In this document: positions 42,705-51,785 of the stretch, piece after piece
Position numbering within the stretch: position 1 is the stretch's first letter
How the letters are laid out: the number at the start of each line of letters is the position of its first letter
Source: a virus
DNA length: 64,000 nt
IMG/VR virus record: IMGVR_UViG_3300045988_140118
Strand: one strand, 5' to 3'
Made by a program: the position numbers and the translations under genes
Notes under the pieces: model-generated
Databases searched by the model: none
What the model was told of the DNA's origin: nothing
Seen by the model: only the letters and a program-made list of their open reading frames with translations

Positions 42705-45700
42705 TGGAAACTCTTGAACAGCTTCGACAACAACTAACGAATGATTTGAAAAACTCTTTTTTAAAAAGAGCTTCTGATACTGATTCGAACAGAAAACCTC
42801 TTGATGTTATCGGAGAAGTTTCTTTAATGCTTGCTACTAACATAGCGGACTATTCGGAAAAGTTGCTTAGAGAAATTGTAACTCCCGGTTACGTAACAGA
42901 TGAATACGATAAGAGGTATACACTCCTTACTACATTCAACGCCCACGAGAGTAATTTGCGGGATGCCAAACATATCACTAAGGAACAGTTAGACGTTATT
43001 AATTTGGTTACTTCGTGGTTTGGTTTTGACCCGGACGAAAATGCCGTATACGTAAAGAACAAATATAACTTCTACGCTGAGGGAGGAGTATCCGCTAAAG
43101 GATTTTCTGCCGGAGGTAGCGGTGGAGGTGGAGGAATGGACGAAGAGTTGCTTTGGTCTATCTTAGGCGATGGTGATAATCCTAATAAACAGATTGCGCT
43201 TTCACACTTAGACACCCTGCTTAAAAATATCAACAATACCTATTATACCAAACAACAGATTCAAGCTAACTATCTTACCGCTTCTGAAATTTCTGCTAAG
43301 TATATCAGCAAAGAGGCTTTTCCGAAAATCTTTTCTGATGAAATGGCGAAATGGTTTAAGAAGGACGAAGACGGTAACATCTATGCCGAAGTTAATTTCT
43401 ATTCTACTCAGGGAATCTCTGCCAAAGGACTTGGTTCCGGTAGTGGCGGAGGAGGTGGTATGGATGAAGAATTACTGTGGGCTATTTTAGGTGACGGAGA
43501 AAATCCAGATAAACAGATCGCTATCAGTCACCTGTCTACGGCTCTCAGTAACTATGCTACGCATACTTGGGTAACAGATAAACATTACGCTACCGAAGCT
43601 TGGGTAACTGCTAAAAAGTACGCTACTATTGACTGGGTAAACGAGACATTCGTTAAAAAGGCTGACTATACTGACCTATGGTTAGCCGAAATGGATAAGT
43701 GGTTTAAAAAAGATGACTCCGGTAATATTTATACGGAGGTTAATTTCTACTCCAATAAAGGAGTATCCGCTAAGGGTCTTGATGCTTCCGGTGGAGGTGG
43801 TGGCGGTATGGACGAGGAATTGTTATGGAGTATACTCGGTGACGGAGAAAATCCTAACAAGCAAATTGCCCTTACCCACTTGACAACGGCTCTGTCCGGT
43901 TACTATACCAGTACGCAGGTAAACTCGGCTATCAACGATGCCGTTAAGTATTATATTCCGACCAGTCAGAAAGGAGTTGCCGGAGGTGTTGCTCCTTTAG
44001 GAAGTGACGGTTTAATATCCTCTAGTTTCTTACCTAGCTATGTAGATGACGTACTTGAATTTGCAAGTCTTTCGGCTTTTCCCTCAACAGGAGAATCCGG
44101 TAAAATCTACATTGCCGTAGATACCAACCTTACTTACAGATGGTCCGGAACACAGTATGTAGAGGTAAGTAAGTCACTCGCTTTAGGAGAGACTGAGAGT
44201 ACCGCTTATGCGGGTAATAAAGGTGCTGCTAACCGTGCAGACATAGATAAATTAAAAAGAGCTACTTTTTGGGGTGCCTCTTACCAAAGTGATGGGAATG
44301 TTTATGGAACTTTCACAGGTACTAAAATCATTCTGTCCGATCTGATCGAGACACCGAAAATAAAAATCGGGGATGCGTTTATAGAATATGACGCTGAAAG
44401 AACGGCTCTGAAAGTAGTTCGGTATCTGGCTGATGGTACTGAGACTGTCGCTTCTCTTTATGCTACAGGTGGAATATCTGCCAGAGGATTCAGTCCCTCC
44501 GGTGGAGGTGGTGGCGGCGGTGCTGGCTCTATCTCTTTGAATGGTACTTTGTACGAATCAGTAGACGGAGTTATTACCTTGCCTAATTTAAAGCTTGCAG
44601 AACCTACTACATTTACCTTACATGAAAACTACGTTTCTGTTAGAACTGCTGGAAGAACCTCTAACCAGTATTATGAATTTTGGGATACTGATGCAGGCTG
44701 GGCAATACTTGCTGCTAAAGGATTTAAAACTCCTGAAGGTACTTCTTCTCAGTTCCTCAAAGCAGATGGGAGTAAAGATGGGAATTTGTATGCCTTAGCT
44801 TATAATAACAATCAAAATAAAGTCTTAGAATCTAATGTTAGTAATTCTCTACATGTTATTGATAGAAGAAATGATACTATACTTCCTTCAAGCTTAGATT
44901 ATTACAGTATCAGTACCTTTTTCAGAGCTGGTGGAAATATGCCTGACGGTAACTGGTGGTCAGGTATTCATGTGAAAGGTTGGGGAGATGGCTATTGTGC
45001 ATGGGAACTTGCCGGACCTTCTTCTACTAACAACACTGCTTATAATCTTCGTTATAGAACAGGTATTGGTGATACATGGGGTGATTGGAAAATGATTATG
45101 ACCGATGTAGAATGTGACAAGAACTACGTTAAAAAGGCTGGGGATACTATGACTGGACGTCTTACTGCGCCTTTTTTTAGAGCGAACAATATGATCTCTG
45201 TCGGAGTTCCTGTAGAACAATTATCTTCGTCTAGAGCTGAATTAAACATAATCACATTAACAAATAATCCTTGTGATATATGGATGGGAGCTAATAATCA
45301 AAGATATTGGTCTATTACAGCTAGAGATTCTACCGAAAATTATCAATTAGGTATATACAATAGTAAAGTATCTAGTTGGAACGCTATCTTTAGAGACAAT
45401 ATTAATGACTTTTATGTTAAGACAGAAGTACGTGATACTTTCTTGGTCTTACCGACAACAGGTGGTGGTTATAACGAGGGCATTAGAATAGGAAATGCTT
45501 CAAACGGATGGTCTAATGTTCAATTTGGATCTCAAAATGCTTGGAACGGTAAAGTTGATGGGCAATGGCTTATAGGAAGAAATCCGGTAAAGTATTTCCA
45601 GATTTGTTTAGCCGGAACTGAAACTGCCAACACTTCAAAACCGGGTAAAGGAATCTCTATAGATATTAATGGTTATCTGGATACTGGTTATATTCGTCCT

Positions 45701-47653
45701 AATATAGATACTGAATATAAAGCGACTTATTTCTATGCTTCAGATGATAGTTTCATAAGAAGAACTACTTGGGATTACGCTCTAAACTGTTTAAACCAAA
45801 ATCAATTAACTCTAGATCTTTCAAGCCTTGATTCTAATAAGTGGTATCCCTGTACTATCAATGCTCCGGCTTATGGTGGAACTCCATTGAGAATCACTAT
45901 CTTTAATGGTCTTAGAGGTAATAAGCCATCGTGGGCATCACATAATTCTGGATTCTCTTTGTTACTAGATTATTATGTGACGGGTTCCGGTTGGGGAACG
46001 TTAAGTGCTGTTTCTAAACTAGACTGGTATCACGGATCTTATGGTGGGGAAACTGCTTTTGGAGGTAGACAACAAAACACGATGGGATCTGCTGAGATTG
46101 TTTATCTGCGTGGCGGAGGTGTCTATTATTATAGAACTACTAATCATGGAAAGTTAAACGTTCATCCAAATGGGTATTCTTGGGCTAACGGATCTTATAC
46201 ATATAGTGCAGCAGTAAAAACCTCACAAGATAATTCTCCAATAGATAAAACATTTGATCAGGTATATTGGGCACCTGTGAATTTAAGAACAACAAGAACT
46301 TTATGGGGCCAACCTTTTAATGGTAATCAAGACGTATCTGGAGCTTTACAAAATGTAACTACTATCAATGCTTCTAGCACTATCTATACAGGCGGAGATA
46401 TTATAGCTTACAGTAGACTGTTTTGTGGAGGTTATTTATATGTTCATAGAAACGCATATAGTGGTAGTGCAGCTCCTGCTATATCCTTAGCAATCGGAGA
46501 TACTGATACCGGATTTAATTGGGATCATGACGGAGTTATTAATTTTGTGTCTAATGCCACTAATGCTGGATATTGGGGATCAACAGACGCAAGATTCCAT
46601 AACGCATATTTCAGGATACCTAGTGGAAACGACTATTCTCAATTGGGTATAATGGTCAACGGTAACGGTACTTCCAACACTATTAAACCTGGAATCGGTT
46701 TTCACCAACCCGGAGTATTTGCAGGATCTATAAGAATGAATGATGGTTCTACATTTGGACTCTATGCTCAGGGTGGTAGTGGTCTAGCAAATCTTAGTTT
46801 GAATGGCTGGTATACAAATTACGGGTATATAAATGGCAATGGATTATATCTAACATCGGGTTGGTTTAGAGCACACGGAGCTACTGGTTGGTATAATCAA
46901 ACATACGGTGGAGGTATGTACATGACAGATACTGTATATGTTAGAACCTACAACAATAAATCACTAAAAGCATCCACGTTAGCTTTAGGAGATAGAGATA
47001 ATGATAATAGTGCTAGATACATATCATGCTACGGAAAGGCAGATGTTAGTTACATTAACTTTGGTTATACTCCAGGTGGTGGTAATTGTGGTGAATTGTC
47101 ATTTGCATATACGGCATCAAGTGGGCCAAGTAACTATATAGGGTTAGGATTTTATGGTGGATCAGGTGCTAACCTAAAATTGTATTATAATAATTCCTCA
47201 ATACTAATTGGTAGTCTTAGTGTTAATGGTAATATCGTAGCTACCGGAGGTGTGACCGCTAAATCAACATCGGATATTCGCCTAAAAATTAAATTGGAAT
47301 CCCCAAAAAGTTATAAGGAGAGAATCCTAGAATTAGGTCCTGTTTTTGATTATCAGTTTAATTCTTTGGCTAAATCAAGAGTAGGAAAAAACGCTGATAG
47401 CCTAAACCATATCGGCCTAGGTTATCAAACGGCCAAAGTTTCCATGCCTGTCATTACAGGACTTGACGAAGACGGTTACGGCTACATAAACTATATCCAC
47501 CCTGATTTGATCGCTTTATCTATCGGAGCCATTCAAGAAATAATATCCGAAGAGTATACTATCAAAAAGGATATTGACTCCCTTAAAAACAGAGTCCGGC
47601 AATTAGAAGCGGAGAATAAACAGTTAAAAGAAAGGTTAGGCTTAATTGCCTAA
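42704..47653 (+). CDS. giant tail fibre protein with C-terminal S74-type intramolecular chaperone domain
   Basis: 1649 aa. Fibre motifs QKGVAGGVAPLGSDGLISSSFLP and GESGKIYIAVDTNLTYRWSGTQYVEV. Three internal Gly-run repeats. C-terminal TSDIRLK...HIGLGYQ...AIQEI plus a coiled coil. Confidence 0.85.
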   Translation: METLEQLRQQLTNDLKNSFLKRASDTDSNRKPLDVIGEVSLMLATNIADYSEKLLREIVTPGYVTDEYDKRYTLLTTFNAHESNLRDAKHITKEQLDVINLVTSWFGFDPDENAVYVKNKYNFYAEGGVSAKGFSAGGSGGGGGMDEELLWSILGDGDNPNKQIALSHLDTLLKNINNTYYTKQQIQANYLTASEISAKYISKEAFPKIFSDEMAKWFKKDEDGNIYAEVNFYSTQGISAKGLGSGSGGGGGMDEELLWAILGDGENPDKQIAISHLSTALSNYATHTWVTDKHYATEAWVTAKKYATIDWVNETFVKKADYTDLWLAEMDKWFKKDDSGNIYTEVNFYSNKGVSAKGLDASGGGGGGMDEELLWSILGDGENPNKQIALTHLTTALSGYYTSTQVNSAINDAVKYYIPTSQKGVAGGVAPLGSDGLISSSFLPSYVDDVLEFASLSAFPSTGESGKIYIAVDTNLTYRWSGTQYVEVSKSLALGETESTAYAGNKGAANRADIDKLKRATFWGASYQSDGNVYGTFTGTKIILSDLIETPKIKIGDAFIEYDAERTALKVVRYLADGTETVASLYATGGISARGFSPSGGGGGGGAGSISLNGTLYESVDGVITLPNLKLAEPTTFTLHENYVSVRTAGRTSNQYYEFWDTDAGWAILAAKGFKTPEGTSSQFLKADGSKDGNLYALAYNNNQNKVLESNVSNSLHVIDRRNDTILPSSLDYYSISTFFRAGGNMPDGNWWSGIHVKGWGDGYCAWELAGPSSTNNTAYNLRYRTGIGDTWGDWKMIMTDVECDKNYVKKAGDTMTGRLTAPFFRANNMISVGVPVEQLSSSRAELNIITLTNNPCDIWMGANNQRYWSITARDSTENYQLGIYNSKVSSWNAIFRDNINDFYVKTEVRDTFLVLPTTGGGYNEGIRIGNASNGWSNVQFGSQNAWNGKVDGQWLIGRNPVKYFQICLAGTETANTSKPGKGISIDINGYLDTGYIRPNIDTEYKATYFYASDDSFIRRTTWDYALNCLNQNQLTLDLSSLDSNKWYPCTINAPAYGGTPLRITIFNGLRGNKPSWASHNSGFSLLLDYYVTGSGWGTLSAVSKLDWYHGSYGGETAFGGRQQNTMGSAEIVYLRGGGVYYYRTTNHGKLNVHPNGYSWANGSYTYSAAVKTSQDNSPIDKTFDQVYWAPVNLRTTRTLWGQPFNGNQDVSGALQNVTTINASSTIYTGGDIIAYSRLFCGGYLYVHRNAYSGSAAPAISLAIGDTDTGFNWDHDGVINFVSNATNAGYWGSTDARFHNAYFRIPSGNDYSQLGIMVNGNGTSNTIKPGIGFHQPGVFAGSIRMNDGSTFGLYAQGGSGLANLSLNGWYTNYGYINGNGLYLTSGWFRAHGATGWYNQTYGGGMYMTDTVYVRTYNNKSLKASTLALGDRDNDNSARYISCYGKADVSYINFGYTPGGGNCGELSFAYTASSGPSNYIGLGFYGGSGANLKLYYNNSSILIGSLSVNGNIVATGGVTAKSTSDIRLKIKLESPKSYKERILELGPVFDYQFNSLAKSRVGKNADSLNHIGLGYQTAKVSMPVITGLDEDGYGYINYIHPDLIALSIGAIQEIISEEYTIKKDIDSLKNRVRQLEAENKQLKERLGLIA
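43016..43894 (+). repeat. three ~66-aa intragenic repeats in the fibre gene
   Basis: WF(K/G)(K/F)D.D.N.Y....NFY...G(V/I)SAKG.....GGGGG(G)MDEELLW.ILGDG(E/D)NP.KQIA..HL occurs at 43016-43213, 43349-43546 and 43700-43894. A degenerate fourth copy lies near 44455-44530. Confidence 0.9.
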
Positions 47654-47655
47654 CC
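47634..47655. terminator. hairpin shared by the two convergent fibre genes (putative bidirectional terminator)
   Basis: GGTTAGGC (47634-47641) pairs with GCCTAACC (47648-47655), loop TTAATT. Both stop codons lie inside it. A-rich upstream and T-rich downstream. Confidence 0.5.
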
Positions 47656-50032
47656 CTCTTTGTTTTAACATGGAAATTTCTGCCTCTAGATCTTTAATAC
47701 GTCTTTCAAGTTGTTGCGTCTTATTTTCAACTTTATATAAACCTAAGATATTCAGTTGGACTGCTCCTGCAATTAAGGAAATAAAATCGGGACTTATGTA
47801 GTTAATGTAACCATACCCGTCTTTATCCAGACCACAGATAGTCGGCATAATGTTCTTTACATTTTGGTAAGCCAGACCGATATGTTTGCAGTTATCCGCA
47901 TTTTTTTCTTTCCGGCTTTTAGCGATATGGTTATATTCAAAATCAAAAACCCTTCCTAAAGATAACAGCTTTTTTTGGTAGTCTGTAGATTCTAGAAATA
48001 CGTTTTTCAGTCGAAGGTCTGAGGTACTCTTTGCAGTAACTCCACCGGAGGCTACTAAGTTTCCATTCATCTGTAGAGTGCTGTAGGAAAGCTCTATCAT
48101 GTAACTACCGGTAGAGTTGTTAACATTTCCATCTCTACGGCCTATATACATATTACCGTTATTATTGGAGTAAATGCCCCATGTATATTTACTATTAGCC
48201 AAATTAATACCTATGTGGTCACTGTTATATAGCTTTAGACCGCAATGATGGCCACCAATACCCCACTGTCTGTAACCAGAGTTATATAATACTTTGTTGT
48301 TATAAATACTAACCATATCATAATCAGTCATATAGATCCCACCTCCATAAGTTTGGGAGTACCATCCGGTCGCACCATCTGTACGTATCCAAGACGAAGC
48401 TCGAATATCTCCAGCTACATTTAATTTATAAGTAGCATCAATGCTCCCAATAACAGCATTACCACCTCCATAACACATCTGTAAATGGTGTCCTGATTTA
48501 TGCTGTAGATATAATCTAGAGTTCCAGTTATTTATCTCAGAAGAACATCCTCCATCGTTTCCAGAATTATCAGTTTCTATACAAATATTTCTACTTTTTA
48601 AGCCAATACTTGAAAAAAATGTTTGAGCTGACCAATTAACACCATCTTTATTACTATTATAAGCAGTCCATACTTCATAATTAGTTCCGTATGAAGTTCC
48701 ATTAGAATTTTGGGTGCTTATACCAAATCTAGGCGTTCCATTTCTAATAAAATGTAAAGCGCACATGGGAAGGACATCGTTTCCTGAATATCCATTTATC
48801 CATAAGGTATCTCCCCATGGACCACCCCAACCAATACCAGTCATGGCTACCCTAAGACCCATGTTCTGATTAAAATAAGTTTGAGGATTAGCTTGAGTTC
48901 CTCCATTATATCTTGTAGGCAAGTATGTAGCATAGCCATCTGCATTTCCGTTTATATTTCCGGTTATTTTATTCTTAGAAGTTAAATTCGTAAACACAGC
49001 AGCACCATTAGTTCTAATACTCCAATAGGCTTCCGCAGCTCCATTGGCAGAACAAATGTCTTGACAATATACCCATCCGGAATTTCCTGAAGATCCTATA
49101 TACAGATTATGTGTTACAGAGCTTACTCTTTGTGTTTTTGTTTGGTTTACATAGATATATGTAAATTGCCAGCCTTCTGTTCCCAACATACCTTCACCGG
49201 GATTTCCGGAACTATAAGGAATTATACCTAATCGTGGCGCTCGTATATAAACATTATCAGAATCCCCTACAATAGCCATACCATAATAACCGTTTTTATT
49301 TAAGGCACGAATGTAATTAGTATCGTGCCTGTTCATGGAAGTCTTAGGAATACTTGTCACTTTTGACAATCCGGCTTCAGAAGTAATAATAGATATATTA
49401 TATGGCTGATTAACATAATTACTCGGTACATTTTGTCCATTAAATACTTGATATACATAAACTTTAATATAATTCCAGTTATAAGAAGTATCTCCAAGTA
49501 ATATACAACAACCACTTCCATCATGGGCAATTCTCACTGCTCCTTCAAAAGCTCCATTTAATTGATAGCTACAATTATAATATGACTGAGAACTTGAATA
49601 ATTATAGAAGCTAACTGTAATTTCTGAGCTACCTCTACCATTATATTCATAGAGCATTATCTTGTAGACACCCATAGTATTAGTCCAAGTAACAGGTAAT
49701 CGTATTTTCAGAGTTCCAATTACTGAGCTACTTTGATTATCCATTATAGTGTCAGTTCCAAAATAATTTATTACGGCTCCAGTGCCTGCTGAATACTCTG
49801 TGGCTACTCTCGACATATTGAGTTTTCTACCAAGAATCCACGGAGCTTCAAACCAGGGTTCATTTTCTGTAGATACTAACTTAATGCCAGCCGGGGCACG
49901 ATAGCTATCATAATCAGTGTATGCAAAAGCAACTTCTTGTGCGTGACTTTCTTTAAAACCTATTTTAGTCGGAGAACTAATAGAAGGCGAAGCAGGAATA
50001 TTTGGCACATCTATTATTAAAGCTCCAGTCAT
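47642..50032 (-). CDS. second tail fibre / receptor-binding protein with S74-type chaperone domain (only minus-strand structural gene)
   Basis: 796 aa. The C-terminal ~250 aa are homologous to fibre 1 (GATGWYSQTYGGGIYMTD; GGVTAKSTSDLRLK...HIGLAYQ...coiled coil). The N-terminal 500 aa are unrelated. Confidence 0.8.
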   Translation of the reverse strand: MTGALIIDVPNIPASPSISSPTKIGFKESHAQEVAFAYTDYDSYRAPAGIKLVSTENEPWFEAPWILGRKLNMSRVATEYSAGTGAVINYFGTDTIMDNQSSSVIGTLKIRLPVTWTNTMGVYKIMLYEYNGRGSSEITVSFYNYSSSQSYYNCSYQLNGAFEGAVRIAHDGSGCCILLGDTSYNWNYIKVYVYQVFNGQNVPSNYVNQPYNISIITSEAGLSKVTSIPKTSMNRHDTNYIRALNKNGYYGMAIVGDSDNVYIRAPRLGIIPYSSGNPGEGMLGTEGWQFTYIYVNQTKTQRVSSVTHNLYIGSSGNSGWVYCQDICSANGAAEAYWSIRTNGAAVFTNLTSKNKITGNINGNADGYATYLPTRYNGGTQANPQTYFNQNMGLRVAMTGIGWGGPWGDTLWINGYSGNDVLPMCALHFIRNGTPRFGISTQNSNGTSYGTNYEVWTAYNSNKDGVNWSAQTFFSSIGLKSRNICIETDNSGNDGGCSSEINNWNSRLYLQHKSGHHLQMCYGGGNAVIGSIDATYKLNVAGDIRASSWIRTDGATGWYSQTYGGGIYMTDYDMVSIYNNKVLYNSGYRQWGIGGHHCGLKLYNSDHIGINLANSKYTWGIYSNNNGNMYIGRRDGNVNNSTGSYMIELSYSTLQMNGNLVASGGVTAKSTSDLRLKNVFLESTDYQKKLLSLGRVFDFEYNHIAKSRKEKNADNCKHIGLAYQNVKNIMPTICGLDKDGYGYINYISPDFISLIAGAVQLNILGLYKVENKTQQLERRIKDLEAEISMLKQRGLGN

Positions 50033-50098
50033 AGTATCCCCAGCCTTTTTAACCCGAATTAAAATATCAATGTAGATAGGTAGTTTACAAGATTTTAG

Positions 50099-50106
50099 TA
50101 TATTTG
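50099..50106 (+). promoter_or_regulatory. -7 box TATATTTG
   Basis: TAnnTTTG 30 nt upstream of the ATG at 50137, in the divergent region next to the minus-strand fibre gene. Confidence 0.5.
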
Positions 50107-50136
50107 CGGAATTACCGAATTAAAATAATCAATTAT

Positions 50137-50295
50137 ATGGCTAAAAGTATGTACCCTTCTTTTCCTTGGAACGCAAAAACCAAGGAAACATCTCTCCTTG
50201 AAAAAAGAGTTGAGGAACTTTCCAAGAGTCTTGAACTGCTTGAAAAAACTGTGCAAGAACTCAATATTGAACTGAAGAAACTAAAACAGAAGTAA
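50137..50295 (+). CDS. small coiled-coil protein
   Basis: 52 aa from the first ATG. LLEKRVEELSKSLELLEKTVQELNIELKKLKQK is heptad-like. Confidence 0.5.
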   Translation: MAKSMYPSFPWNAKTKETSLLEKRVEELSKSLELLEKTVQELNIELKKLKQK

Positions 50296-50296
50296 T

Positions 50297-51349
50297 ATGT
50301 CACACGCTAACGGAATAATTACTGCTCCGGTAAGTATTGAGGACGTAAAACTGACGATTGGCTGTTCCAGTGATAGCTTAGGCACTCTTTGCGCAAAAGC
50401 AAAGAAAGGTGGAAAGAGTGGTTATGCGTTCAACATTGTAGAAAACGGAGGTACCGTAAACAGTGGAGAACTTCTTGCTGATTCTTACCCCTACTGGAAT
50501 ATATATTCCAATGAAAGTCCAGGAGAATGGTTGGCTGCTGCAAGTGCTGACGGACCTCTTATTATGGAGTTAAAACGTTTTCTAGGAGATAGGAATAAAG
50601 GATATGGTTTCGGCCTTCATCATTTTGATGGGTATAATCATAACGCTGCTGCTCCTTTCCCCGGAGGACAACCTCTTGAATTTACGGAAGGTGCCGGAAG
50701 TGGGTCTGTTACTTACACAGTAACCTTAAAACCCAACACGGGTAGTTATAACTGGGCTAAAATTTCCGGAGCTACTTTATTTCAGTCCAGAGTCTATAAT
50801 GGAAGTATTTTAATTGCTCAAAGTACACCTGTAGCTATCAGTTCCGGGACAGTCACTATTTCTGTGCCTCTGACAATTAATACAGCTAGTGTTGGAGTAT
50901 TCAGATATAAGACACGTTTGTACATCGGTAGCGGATCTGTTAACGACTTTAATTCACTAGGCTATATTCCGGTTGAAGGGGAAATAACAGTCACTATTAC
51001 GGCTAAACCTGTTATAACTGCGAGTGTTAGAGTTAGTGGTAGAGTTAATGTATTTGCGATGGCTGAAGGAGTTACTTCTAACAATACTACCCGGTTTAGC
51101 GGTACGTACAGATTAAATTCAGGTGTTACTACAGATGGTAAGACTCTCAGAAGTATGACCTATAGTTGGGGATCTGCTGCTGCCGGCAATGAAGGTTCTC
51201 TGACTGTTACCTCGTTTAATTTCAGGGAAGGACCTTCTTATCTTAGAAGTTATTCTGCCGGAGACAATGTGGAAACCTTTACATCCGATCCTGCTAGAGT
51301 TCCTAGGGACTTTATAAATTCTTATCAAGTATTATTTGTTTATGAATAA
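50297..51349 (+). CDS. paralog L1 of unrecognised ANGxITAP family (putative receptor-binding/tail accessory protein)
   Basis: MSHANGIITAPVSIEDVKLTIGCSSDSLGTLC ... HHFDGYNHNAAAPF shared with L2 and L3. C-terminal two thirds are unique. Confidence 0.7.
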   Translation: MSHANGIITAPVSIEDVKLTIGCSSDSLGTLCAKAKKGGKSGYAFNIVENGGTVNSGELLADSYPYWNIYSNESPGEWLAAASADGPLIMELKRFLGDRNKGYGFGLHHFDGYNHNAAAPFPGGQPLEFTEGAGSGSVTYTVTLKPNTGSYNWAKISGATLFQSRVYNGSILIAQSTPVAISSGTVTISVPLTINTASVGVFRYKTRLYIGSGSVNDFNSLGYIPVEGEITVTITAKPVITASVRVSGRVNVFAMAEGVTSNNTTRFSGTYRLNSGVTTDGKTLRSMTYSWGSAAAGNEGSLTVTSFNFREGPSYLRSYSAGDNVETFTSDPARVPRDFINSYQVLFVYE

Positions 51350-51352
51350 CTT

Positions 51353-51559
51353 ATGAAAAATTTATTTAAACTTTACAGAGAATGGAGGGATAGGAAATTT
51401 GTCGAACGCATCAACAGAGTCTATTTTAAGAAAGATGAAAAGTCTAATCTGTACTTAGAAGGTTCATTACATGTTTCGAAAGATATAATTGTTTATGATG
51501 GTATTGCTACCAATATAGACAGTATGAAAGAGTATGTATCTAAAAACCAAAGACAATGA
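51353..51559 (+). CDS. small protein carrying one copy of the fibre-repeat motif
   Basis: YFKKDEKSNLYLEGSLHVSKD aligns with WFKKDEDGNIYAEVNFYSTQG of fibre 1. Confidence 0.5.
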   Translation: MKNLFKLYREWRDRKFVERINRVYFKKDEKSNLYLEGSLHVSKDIIVYDGIATNIDSMKEYVSKNQRQ

Positions 51560-51777
51560 AAAAAGCAACTTTAGTAATTAAGGGAGATTTGATCTCTCTT
51601 GGACGTATTGCTCCTGCAAGGGAGGGGGGGGGCAACCTTGTTTGTAATGTCTCCGAGAAAACTCTAGAGAGTATAGACATATCAACTGCAACCGTTATAG
51701 AGGGAACTATCCAAGTGGATAATTTTCTTTATAACGGTTTTGTTGTGGTAACAGGTCAAACATGGGCTAAAAAATAG
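51556..51777 (+). CDS. paralog S1 (small beta-rich protein) containing a G9 tract
   Basis: MKKATLVIKGDL...EGGGNL...STATVIEGT...GFVVVTG is homologous to S2. The G9 tract encodes GGG. Confidence 0.6.
   Translation: MKKATLVIKGDLISLGRIAPAREGGGNLVCNVSEKTLESIDISTATVIEGTIQVDNFLYNGFVVVTGQTWAKK
51624..51632 (+). repeat. G9 homopolymer inside S1
   Basis: Nine consecutive G counted, in the context GAG GGG GGG GGC. Gain or loss of one G gives a stop within 8-9 codons. Confidence 0.95.
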
Positions 51778-51785
51778 GAGGTCGT

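Noticed and set aside
42704-50032. Invertible tail-fibre switch (Mu G-segment / shufflon-like) suggested by the convergent homologous fibre ends
   Set aside because: The shared C-terminal modules are diverged at most synonymous positions, with only about two-thirds nucleotide identity by eye in the segments I compared. There are thus no crossover-competent inverted repeats. No invertase or recombinase gene is present in the window. In known switches the constant part is N-terminal, not C-terminal.
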